DNA of 61,959 nucleotides, counting the filler, from Porpidia crustulata (taxonomy: Eukaryota): the NCBI GenBank assembly GCA_964255105.1. It is 6 parts of 6 records of this genome, joined end to end, with 100 filler letters (N's around TTAATTAATTAA, not from the genome) between each part and the next. Parts side by side here need not be neighbours in the genome. Positions count along the whole stretch, not along the records: positions 20,701 to 30,944 come from CAXUWE010000807.1; positions 31,045 to 41,286 come from CAXUWE010000808.1; 4 more parts are not named here. One strand, 5' to 3'. Positions 21,661-32,926 of this stretch are shown here, one piece after another (position 1 is the stretch's first letter; every line of letters starts with the position of its first letter). The notes below the pieces were generated by a model, which ran no database searches, was not told where the DNA came from, and saw only the letters and a program-made list of their open reading frames with translations. The position numbers and the translations under genes are program-made.

Positions 21661-23196
21661 GCTTTGCTATGCATGAATATGTAGATAAACATCGAGCTAT
21701 AAGCGTATAGAAAGTAGGCTTGTTCTTTGGGTTCAGCATCACTGAATCGGTCTTCCAAGGGACTTTGCCTTTGACGGGATAGAGAGACATTGGAGGTGAT
21801 CTTGTCAGCGTGAAAGGACAAAAGTACCGTCTAAACATAATATGAGGATTATATTGTCCGATGAAAAAGGCTTGTAAAGCTTTGAATCTCCCATCAGCAA
21901 GAAATATTATGCAAAAGGGTTTATTGTGATAGACATGTATTGAGGCGATGCCGTTCAGAAAGTGGAATGAGCTCTTAATGAGAATTCTCCAAAAAGGATA
22001 TAAGTTTAATACGGGCTATGCTGTGCTCATTTGCCTGTTTGAACAGGGTTACTTACTCGATCAAGAGATGTAGCCCTCTTCGCAGGTCGTCAAACCCCGT
22101 AGAAGGTGGCATTGGGCCAGATCCCAAATCAAATCCAAGGATTTGGTTGATATGTAGACGGTAGGGAGAATATTCGCCTTAGTTGTTTCAAACTAAGAAG
22201 CTTGAGAATCTTGGACTCGCGATTCACGGTACGAACGCATCTTCCTAGTTGCTAAATGTAGGGAGTTGTAACAACCTATCAGTGTGGATCATAGTAACGT
22301 GCAAGGCGCTTATTGTAGGAATTTGAGTATATCAAAATATGGGTTTGTCTATCTCATTAGCATTTTATGTTGCTTGCCTAGTTTAGCATTCGTTGTCTGG
22401 GTAGGTATGAGAAGTGTACGTGAATTTGTTGAACCCGAGTCGGCATTTTTGTGGAAGGTTCATCCATGAGTTTCCGGGCCTTTTTTTCTATGAATGTGGC
22501 CTCCCTGTTTTGCTTGCATTCTGCTCACGAATCCTCCACCTCCACATGCAGCTGCTAGATGATTGAAGTAGCCACGTCTGTACAGACTCTCTGTCCACAA
22601 AGCTAGTCAAAGATAGTCATAAGACGCTTGTGATTATCCTAATTCTTCCTTGGCTTTTTATTAAACTTCCACATGTTCGCATCGTAGTAGCCGCTTCCTT
22701 TGGTATTTGATCGAGGTTCTTCTTTCCTTATTAGTCACTAGCCATGGCGACTCAGAGCCACCGACACTGCCTTCGGATTTCGGATCAAATTACGCTGCAA
22801 TTCACTCTCAATCTGCGTGGCTCTGATCAATTCTCATATTTGTAACCTATACCTGTCCCGGGCATGAGAGGTGTCTCGGCAAGTTTTATTTGTCGTTGTG
22901 ATCTATGCTCAACCGATAGCCAATTCACGGGCCATGACATCTATTTGGCGTTAAAAGGAGCACAAGATGCCGTCAATCAGGATCATAAAACTTGACAGTG
23001 CTTGGAATGTACTCTTCCGCGTCATGGATCACTAAAAGTCCCTGAAACGATCTATCGCCTCATCAATTTAGTACATTGGCAAGCAAAGCACCGGGACAGG
23101 TAGGGATCATACAATAGGTTTCAGCCATCAAATTTTGGCTCAAAGATAAGATTTTGCCGGCTCGATCAAGCCGAAACTGGGAAGGTATGACTTTTG

Positions 23197-24561
23197 CTAG
23201 TTGACCGTCATCCCCGGCATGGACCCAGGCATCTCGTATCCTCGATCACCACCCCTACCCCTCCATCTAAAGCTCTCTTGCCCGTTTCCCCTTCCTTCCT
23301 CCCTTGATGTTCTCTGCCCTCTCATTTCCTCCTCCACTTCTCGCCTAGCCTCTTCCCTGAGATCGCGTACGGCTTCGTTAGCTGTAGTCTCCTCGTCATT
23401 CTCAGGTGGCCCCCTCGTATTCTTTTTCCTTGGCCATAGACTTGGTAGTACTACCTGTTGTACCCTGGGTTCTACACATCTCTCATCAAACCAGGAGTGC
23501 AATCTATTCTCGACTAGTTGAGCAATCTTTGGAATGTCTTGCAGACGAGAGCGAGATCCAACCAGTGAGCGCACACTAAGATCTAGCCGGTAATCTGGGA
23601 GAAAACAGAAGGCAAGCGTAGTGGGTGTGGTAGAAGGCGGTTGCTGCGGTACGGACGTAGAAGATCCAGTGTGTGTGGCATTCGCTGGCTTCGAAGAAGA
23701 TGGAAGGAAGGAGATTGACAAAGTACCAGAGAATCGAACTATAGATGCAGCCAGCGCTACTGGTAGGATAGCCGTGAGTGGCTTAGGGTAATTGAGAACT
23801 ATCTTGGTTTCGATACCCAATGTGATGAAGTCACTAAGATCCACGTCCATACGCGCCTGTAGTCGCCCACCGTCTGGCCCACTAGTATCATCTTCTACAG
23901 GGTGTACACGGCAATTGCTAAAGATTGGAAAATCCTCTCCTAGACTTATCTCAGTTACTTTGATACTGGATAGGAAATCCGGCTTCTGGGGACCATTCAG
24001 TACATTGGTTAAGGAAATTAGAATGGCATCATTGTCCTGAGCATCATTCCTGAATTGTGCTAAAGTCTGTGCCACCAGGACATTAAACCAATCTAAGGAT
24101 TCTGGCTGGTGAGAGTTGACATTGTAGTAGGTTTTGGAAAGGATTGTAGCGGTGGTAAGTCGTGGAGGACTCCGCAATACATTAGACGATGATCTTTGGG
24201 TTTTCAACTTTTTCGGTGCCGAAGAATTCGAGTTGATGGAAAGGGAACGTCGATGGTCAAAGGCACGATTACGGCGGGCTAGGGCACGGTTCGCGGCAGT
24301 GGCCTCAGGAGAGGGAGGTTCGCCGAATATAAAGAATTTGATGAAGGCGCCGATGAGTATGATGACAGATAATTGGCCAAGAAGAAATCCCTCTGTGAAA
24401 GACAGTCTACCAAGCCATTAGTACAAACTATACTGTAGCTCTAACAGTTAGACTTGCGATGTTTGCTGCGGAGGAAGTTGAGATGGGGCGTCTGTATATA
24501 TGGCTTAGCTATACGCAACGACATGCAGCCAAATACTATGCTAACTCTGGGAATTCTTCAT
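23197..24561 (-). CDS. MMM1: ERMES subunit Mmm1 (SMP domain), 3 exons
   Basis: Spliced N-terminus [45 protein letters not shown]; motifs [45 protein letters not shown] and [12 protein letters not shown]. Confidence 0.95.
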
Positions 24562-25092
24562 GCTTTCAAGGTTTGTCCAAATCCATCGTTGCCGATTATT
24601 CCTCCTGTCTGTGCGATCTGCTGGAGTAGTCTGGTAGTTTGACGTCAAGTATGACGCCTTGTAGGGCTTCACAGGGCTGGCACAATGGACCGTGAAAACT
24701 AACCTTGAAATTGAGCAATGTACTTAGTAAACTAGGAGTAGATACTTATGAATGCGATAGAGATTGAATTGATATCATTTGCGATCAAACGTAACCTTCT
24801 CTAATTTTCCTCTAGACTCACAAATTAACAACCTTTAGTATTACATGAAATAGTAAGTTGGCAGCGTTGTACGTTCGGTTGTTCACAATATCAACCCCCA
24901 AATATCTTAAGCCGATCATCTACCCAGATGCGATTTAACGAGCCAAATGTTGAGAAATAGCCATCCAGTAGCTCTTACCACCACATCCAGCCTCTCACCA
25001 AACGCCTTATTCAGCATCTCTTCCAATCTCTCCTCTCAAGAAAACAATACTCCAGCGCCCGTTCCTCTAGGTATCGCGTAATTGCTCGAGTC

Positions 25093-26411
25093 TTAGGCCT
25101 TGAATGAGTCCCTTGCGCTTTGGCTACTGGCGCTTATTGGTGGGTTCGAAGTTGGGAGGACGCCAGTCTTCGGCTTGGATGATTGCTTAACCTTCGCTAA
25201 TGCGTACACGATACCGCTAACAAAGCCAACACCGATGGCAGATACGCTTGGAAGTGTGACCGGAGCGTCGAAGAAGATAAGCCCACTCAAAGCGATGGGT
25301 AGCTTATTCAAAGCGCCAACCATGGAGTATGTTGTAGAGGACGTAACACGCACGCACCATGCGGATGTGTAGGAGATGAAAACCGAAGAGAGCCCGGAAA
25401 AGACCATGGCCATGATAAGATTATTGCGCTGTTCTATTGGGAAATTCTTCGCCACGTTCTCGGATGACCAGTTCTCGAGAAAGAGGGACGCAAGGAGGAG
25501 AATCGGGATGGAGAGGACGTTGTTGTAGAACATGGCTAGGGCAGATATGTTAGCTGTACCAAGTTGCCAGACTACGACAGAAAAACTTACTGTCAAAATC
25601 CTTGAAGTTGGTTAACTTTATCCTCTTTCGCATACCCAAAACGTAGGCTGCACTGCAAATGCAATTGAACATCATCCACATATAGCCCGCATTAAGTGTA
25701 GAGACTTTTGCGGACGCCTCCGTCTCTGAGTGACCATAATTCTGCAGTGCGTGCTGGATGTCTGCCCACGCCGCAATCACAGAGCTTAGGACCATCAATC
25801 CAAAGGAGAACAGAGCCATCCCCGTTACGGAACCGCCAAACCATAGCACCTCACCATAGGCAATCAAGATGATGGTCAAATTCTTGAAGATGGTGTACAC
25901 GGGGATTGACAGATACTGAAGGGCCTTGGTGCTTGTGTAGATGGTACCAATAAGGAGTAAGGATACCGGGAACCCTGCAGCCAATGTCAGTTGTGTAGGT
26001 CAAAATTCGGACACAGAGAGCAACCCACATTTTCTAGCTTCATCCGTATTGAAATCTCTGTAGGTGATGACCCCAGATGATTTGCAGGACTGAATTGCGA
26101 TCACACAGACAACGGACTGAAACCGTTAACAAAACGCCTGGAAATTATGTGCTTTTGCGACGCACCTGTACGAACAGAAGGAAGAAGTTCAGATTAAAAC
26201 CGAGCCCTGATAGAACGAACTTGTTTGTCACGGTCATCAATATCGACGAAGCGCAGTAGCTAAGCACCGGAAATATAGGATTGTTGGTCACAGCTGTAAG
26301 AGGGGCAGGTGCTTGCGGAACGTAACGCGGTGAACTTGGCGAGTCGTAGGATTTGCCATTGAGCTCATTCATTTCAATTGCGAAATCATCTCGTTTTTTG
26401 CCGTCCACCAT
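25093..26411 (-). CDS. VRG4: Golgi GDP-mannose transporter, multi-exon
   Basis: Motifs [49 protein letters not shown] and [23 protein letters not shown] (GALNK motif). Confidence 0.95.
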
Positions 26412-26869
26412 TGTTGAACGCCGTGAAAGGGGGAGACAAAGCGATTTCGGGTTGCGCAACCAAGAGGTGTAGAAGATGTTCTAGGCCTTTACAAAGGCGT
26501 ATCGAAAATGAGTAAGAATATGAGAATGATTTTGACAATCAACAGCTGCTGGAAGGGTATACCAGTCGAGGACTCAAGATTTGTTTGCTGGATAGAATTG
26601 TTGGTGGACAGATTTGTTAATCTCCAGCCAAGCCGGTCAGCGATGAAAATCGCCTAAATTAAGACGGCGCTACGGTACGGATACGATACACAGGGTTCTT
26701 AGCGATTTTTATTTCCAAGCCACCAAGCCTCACAAGCCTCATTGTTTCGAACAACCTCTACAACACCTGCGCATCCTCCTTGGGTTGGGCAATGTTCTGA
26801 TTCTGTTCAAATCTTCACCGATGCTGCCAGCACAGTACAATTCATACGATCCCTCCACTACTACCCACT

Positions 26870-27561
26870 ATGCCCGGTTTAGATAGCACAGTTGCCTCTC
26901 TCCTCGACAGCTCTCACCCCACAGCCTCTGACGATGAAGATGCCCTCCTTGATTCCCTCGACAATGACCCATCTCTATCCCACCTGCGTGAGCAGCGTCT
27001 CCAACAGCTTCATTCCGAATTCTCGCGAGCCAAAAATATGCGAAAACAGGAATTTGGAACGTATACTACAATCAATGAGGAGAAGGCTTTGATGGATTTG
27101 ACGACTTCGGTGAAGTGGTGTGTGGTCCATTTCTTTAAACCGGATTTCGCACGTTGCGGAGTTATGGATAGGCATTTAGAGGTGTGTTTTTGATCCTCGA
27201 TTTTTGTACGTTTGGTAATTTCGGAACTAATGAGGAATGGGAGAAGACCTTAGCTCCTAAACATTTTGATACTCGGTTTCTTAGAATGAACGTTGAAAAT
27301 GCGCCGTTCCTGGTCACCAAGCTGAAGGTCCAGGTACTACCATGCGTTCTTGCATTTGTCAAAGGAGTCAGTACAGATCGTATCATAGGCTTTGAGGGCC
27401 TAGGGTACAGCGAAGATACATTTACAACCACCGACCTGGAGACGAGGTTGCTGGCTGCAGGGGTGTTGGCCCGGGCGAAGACAAGAGGTGATGAGACGAT
27501 TGCGAAAGCGAGGAAGAAGCTAGAAGACGAGGATATAGGCGACGATGATGATTGGGATTAG
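26870..27561 (+). CDS. Phosducin-like/thioredoxin-fold protein (Plp1/TXNDC9 type), 2 exons
   Basis: LREQRLQQL...VVHFFKPDFARCGVMDRHLE-TLAPKHFDTRFLRMNVENAPFLVTKLKVQVLPC...IIGFEGLG. Confidence 0.88.
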
Positions 27562-28158
27562 TGGTCTAGGGCCAGCGCTCGGCAATGACCTATATGTTCC
27601 ATCTTCGGGAAAATATGGATCTCGTAGTGGTCTGGAATGCAATAAGCGCAATTACACAGGATAAAACAGTGTGCGTACATATGTTGCAACACGGACCGGT
27701 ACGCTGCAACAAAGAGCCTTCTCGAAGGCTTCAGATCTGACTAGTATGCAGATGATATCAGGCACGCATGCTACCTGCACCGTGGTCGACTACACCTCCA
27801 AGGGGTTTGTGTACAATTCAAATTTTCGAAGGCTACGTAAGACAGAAGGAAAGGATTTACAAATATTCCAGATTGCCCTCTCGAAAGTATGGTGTCCAAG
27901 CAAGTAGCTTTAAGTCGCAAGTAAGATGCAGGTACGAAGCGATACTTTAAGGATGTGGTCACAGCTTCTGTTTCGCGACGCTTCCATCTGTGATACGTCA
28001 TGTCGATGACCTCAGATTGCAGATTCATACAACATAGATGTATATGTACAACTCCATTTCGATCAATCATATAACAAACTACGAAAACAATATAGCTATC
28101 GAAATCCGAATCTCCCGAAAATCAAGAATCGACAGCAATAAGGTCAGATTTGAACATC

Positions 28159-28492
28159 ATGCCTCGAGGATCTGAGTACGTCGGTGGGCCACCCGCATCT
28201 GACAACGCCATCGATGCGGGCGAGAATGAAATAGCAGGGGCACCGCAAGGCTCAGATGTAAGTTCAAATGGAACATACAATATGACTGTCTTCTGACGTA
28301 CTACAGCAACCGACATCATCCGGAATAGACCGTTCACATAAAGCTGCTCCAATGCCGGAGGGAATCACCGAAATGAAAGACGGGTCGTTGAGCGGCGGCG
28401 GAAGTCAAGGATTGACGGGAGGCGGTAGCGGAAAAGGAGGAAAGGACGAGCCATTCGTTGATAAAGCTGCGGAAAAGCTAAAGGGGAAATAG
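28159..28492 (+). CDS. Small Gly-rich hydrophilic protein (94 aa, 2 exons; hydrophilin-like)
   Basis: Exons 28159-28257 and 28307-28492, intron GTAAGT...CTGAC...CAG; product MPRGSEYVGGPPASDNAIDAGENEIAGAPQGSDQPTSSGIDRSHKAAPMPEGITEMKDGSLSGGGSQGLTGGGSGKGGKDEPFVDKAAEKLKGK. Confidence 0.75.
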
Positions 28493-29150
28493 ATATTGGG
28501 CGTGGAGGCAAAATGATCGACGCGAAATGGACAAATGTGCTCTAGCAGTGGCCATAACCAAGTAGCACAAATGCAGGATCGCTGAAGCGTAGATCTAAGC
28601 AATAGGAGAGTTCCTTAAAATAGATACTTCAGTGAAGGCAAAGCTGTGATTTTGGTTCTCAGTCAATTTTCAATGCACGAGGTGGTGGCGGTGACGATCA
28701 ACTGATCAAGGCAGGTAGGGAACATTCAGTATTAAAACTACCACTACACACAGGGCAGGGACATCCGTTGCCCCTCAATCTTCAGCAGTCTAAACCGAAG
28801 AGACCCCTCGCCCTTTCAAACATATTTGACCAATGAACTACCTGTATATGATCTGAAACATTATATGACTCAGCAAAGCTGTCAAGATTTATCCATAGCC
28901 TGTTATCGGAGGGTGTTACCTTAGCGCAGAGTGCTTTATGTGTATTTAATTTAAATCTGGCGCTTTCCTTAACTTGGCAGACGCGAAACTCCTTTCCTTG
29001 TCTTCCATTTCTCATCTTAGCACATTCTAATGCCCGTTGCGACCGTCCTTCTTCCGAATACAATCTTGTTTATATGACGGTTCACAGATCAGAGGATGCT
29101 TCCATAATTCCTCAACTTTCGTTGCGCCCACGAATTCTAGTATAGACGCT

Positions 29151-30833
29151 ATGGCAGCTTCGTACGTTGCAACCCTTGTCAACAATTGACGTTGTGCCGA
29201 CGCTGGCTTACTGACTTGTAGCAATGGCAGTATTGGGTCGGCATGGCGCTCTTTCTGGCACACCATGACCTCCTATGACCGCCATGCATCACACGACTCT
29301 CCTTATCGGACCGGCCAGCACATGCCTTTGAACCAAAGCCGCCATGCTCCCCTCACCTCAATTGCAACTAGTGCAGTGGATTCGCGAGCCGACCTTGATC
29401 AAGCCTATGGCGATGACAACGGCGGACGCTCTACACCTGGCCCCAACGGCAGTGCCGCTGCTCTTCAATCTCCTACGTCTCCGTATTCGCCTGGAATGAG
29501 ATCTAATCTAGCTTTACGCAACAGCCAATCTCACGAAAACAATCCGTTTGAAAGCATCACTCCTGGAGAGATACAGATGCAAAGTTTCCAAGAAGGCCTT
29601 CCCCCTCCTCCTCCTGTCTCGCATTCCTGGAAAAGAATTGACCGATGGGCTGAGGACAAATACGAGGAGCTCTATGATCAACTCTCCGAGGGCTGCACTC
29701 AGAACGACGTTAACGAATTGGAACACGAACTGGATTGCTCGTTACCTCTAGAAGTACGGGAGTCTCTTCAGATCCACGACGGACAAGAACGAGGTGGTAG
29801 GCCGACTGGTATTCTGTTCGGCTGCATGCTCCTCGATTGCGAAGAAATGGTGCAAGAGTGGAAGAATTGGAGGGTAGTCAACGAAGAATATCTTACAACC
29901 CCTGCCAAAAACCGAACTCAATTCCCACCAAGGGCGTTTGCTGGTTCTTCATCTTCTGCTGCTCAATTCTCGCAACCTACGGCTAATCCCTTATGGAGGC
30001 AAGAGCTCCTGGACAAACAAGATTCTCAACCTCCCAGGGCCGTACAGAAAGCTTATGCTCACCCTGGCTGGATTCCACTCGCCCGTGATTGGGGGGGAAA
30101 CAATGTCGCCGTTGATCTTGCACCAGGGCCGGTTGGGAAATGGGGACAGATCATCATTTTCGGGCGTGACTACGATTGTAAATACGTTGTTGCACGTTCT
30201 TGGGCGGCATTCCTCGCGATGGTCGCAGACGACATGAGCAGCGAAAAAGTCTTTGTCGATGAAGAAACCCAAGAATTAAAGCTTCGGGAGTTCAAGCAAG
30301 CTTCCGTCGAGCCAGCTTACCTTGATATCCTACGCTGGAGAATGGATCAGAAATATGGCCGTAAGGGTCCCAAAAGAAGGCCAGGCAGCGCGCAAGGTCA
30401 AAATGGCCACGGTGGCTCCCCCAAGGGTTCTCCTTACGGCAGCCCAACCGATGAGAGGGGTCGTTCGCCGCATAGATTCTCTAGCCGTGGTCCCCAGACC
30501 TCAAGTCCGCGTGGCAACATGGGAAAACCAAGTCCGCTGGCGCAGGTCACGGAGGAGGGTAATTCCGGCATGAAACCCATCGTCATCGGAGGTGATGCCA
30601 ATAAAGATCCAACAGCAACAGAGACCGCAGCAAGCGAGCGAGGTGGGACATTGCTGGAACTCGGGAGCCCTACTACCGACGAGGGCAAGGGACTGATGAC
30701 CTCGCTTGGTCCTGTGATGAAACCGGCTATGGTACATGATGGAACGAACAAAGAGAAAGAACACCAGGCACGGCCTTTGGTCACCGGACTCGGGGTGGAT
30801 GGAGTGGACGAGCTCAAGAGCGTGGATATTTGA
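29151..30833 (+). CDS. SMI1: Smi1/Knr4 cell-wall assembly (glucan synthesis) regulator
   Basis: 11-nt first exon at 29151, intron, then SAWRSFWHTMTSYDRHAS; SMI1_KNR4 core SLPLEVRESLQIHDGQE...AYAHPGWIPLARDWGGNNVAVDLAPGPVGKWGQIIIFGRDYD. Confidence 0.93.
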
Positions 30834-30944
30834 TGTGCCTCGTGGACTTTGAATCGGATCCAACAATCTTTCCACAGATTAAGGGGATCCCGGTCTAACA
30901 CACTAATCAAACCATTCCCCAGGCTCATCTAAACCCACCATCGC

Positions 30945-31044
30945 NNNNNNNNNNNNNNNNNNNNNNNNNNNNNNNNNNNNNNNNNNNNTTAATTAATTAA
31001 NNNNNNNNNNNNNNNNNNNNNNNNNNNNNNNNNNNNNNNNNNNN
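30945..31044. other. Artificial contig spacer (N44-TTAATTAATTAA-N44)
   Basis: Identical 100-bp linker. Confidence 0.98.
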
Positions 31045-31732
31045 TGGGAGCATGAAGTCTCGGATTCGGAGGAGGGAGAGGTGGGCCGCGGCGGTAGGAG
31101 CCAGGGGTTGTCCGAGCACAAGGAGGAAGACTTGAACGATGTCATGGAAGCCTTGGAAGTAGGAGAGTTGAGGGTGCTCTCGGAGGACTTGGGTGATTAC
31201 GTCTGAGAGCTGTTGTTTCCTGCGGTCGAGCTGCTGGGAAGACTCATCTGATTGGCGTCAGGATCTTGAATCTTATGTGCTCGTCGAACTGCACTTGACA
31301 TACCTTTGGGGTAGTAGATAAAAGACCTGTTCACGTCAAGCTCCACCTGATCTTCATCTTTATGTCGTGGTAGCTCCCGCCATCTTTGCGATTGCTCTCC
31401 CTGAGCATTCGATTCCAATTCATATCCCAGTAGTAATGGCCCTAGATGCACGTTGAGCGGTGTTCTTCCTGAAGAGTCGCCGTCGACATACAAGCTACAC
31501 GACGTACCTCATCATCAACTAAGCCACTGGCTGCAGTAGCTAGTGTACGCAAATGATCGCTGTCGTAGCCCTCTTTGCAAGCAGCTAAGATGCGCAATTT
31601 TTTGGAACGTGCTGCAGGGGTTTGAGCGGACCCACGCCATTTGTCTGACGCCGAATCACTGGGCGAGGTGGACTCAGTGCGGAGACCTTTTTCTTGCAAT
31701 TCTTCGACCACAATTCGATCTTCTGATCCCAT
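31045..31732 (-). CDS. GYP8: TBC-domain Rab GAP, Gyp8/TBC1D20-like (5' part; truncated at contig end)
   Basis: GLVDDEVRRVA-WPLLLG, HKDEDQVELDVNRSF (Arg finger) and LSYFQGFHDIVQVFLLVLG (Gln finger). Confidence 0.8.
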
Positions 31733-32926
31733 TTGGTGGAATTGAAGAGTAGGTTACCGATAAGTCCTCGACCACAGCCTCACGATAAGGAAGATTCAAG
31801 GCACCCAAAAAGGGCAAACAGGAGATTACTCCTCGAAGGCATGTGCTTGCCGTTGATGAAGGTAGCAGATTGTCTTCGTTTGTTTTTATATTTCCCGTCC
31901 TTTGAGAGGAATGCCTGAGGCCCAACTACGAATGTCACTAGAGTACTCCAAGGCACCTTCTGGGTTAATATGTAGGACTTGACTAAGCCGAACACTGGCA
32001 GAATATCTTCTGTAGTCCACCACGTACCCCGTCGTGCCCGTGCCTATCGAGGGACGACTTATTGCAGCGTCGTACAAAACCATTCGCACTAGATAATGGA
32101 TGCAGATGCTTTGTCAATCCCACACCGCCAAAACCAACGCCGGTCAGAGTTTGGTATCCTGCATGCTAAATCGTGAGCGTGCGTTATCTGTTCTGCACCG
32201 GATCGCCCCCGCTCAATGACTGGCAGAATTTGTTTTCTTCAGGGACATTCAGCAAAGCAAGATCTTCCTCGAGCCCCGGAACGCCAATTCATATTGCTCG
32301 GAAAGCATATAACAGATAGCCTGCCTGTTTGGTGTGCGGTGCCCTTCTAATCCCGTCGATACGACCCCTAAGTCTCTCTTTTAAGTGAGTTGCAGGAACT
32401 CAATTTGGAGCTGCGGATGAGAGTGGTGCCGCTCTCAAAGGCTTTCAGCCATAAGGCATCATGCTGTATCTCCCAGCTACACCTGCTGTCTTTCCTTGAT
32501 TCTTGGACGGCGATTGAAATGCGTTTGGGCTAATCCGATTGGCTCCTCCTCACTGCATGCGCGGTGTTTGTTGTTCGCTTTCAGATGCCACGCGAATTTG
32601 GTTCACATCGTATCAGAAAATCACAGGCTCAAGGCCGAGTCTTCTTCTACTATCATTGGTTCGAGTTACCATCTGCCATTTCAGGATGTTTCTGTTCTAG
32701 CTAGGCACTTCCCTTCTATGAAGCTTTGTATGTACGCAAATATCCCTTGGTCTAGGACTACTTTCGCAACCTGATATCCGACTGTTCCCGACTCCAAGAC
32801 TTTCGTCTCGCGATCCTTAACCACTTCATGTAATACTTATGAAATTGATTTCAGTATTTGTCGCTTGAGCCCCTGAGTTCTAAGCTAGGTTGAACGGCAA
32901 GGACGTCGACGGAGACCAGATTCATT

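Noticed and set aside
23197..30833. MMM1, VRG4, phosducin-like and SMI1 as a functional cell-wall cluster
   Set aside because: Unrelated housekeeping genes with no dedicated regulator or shared pathway logic
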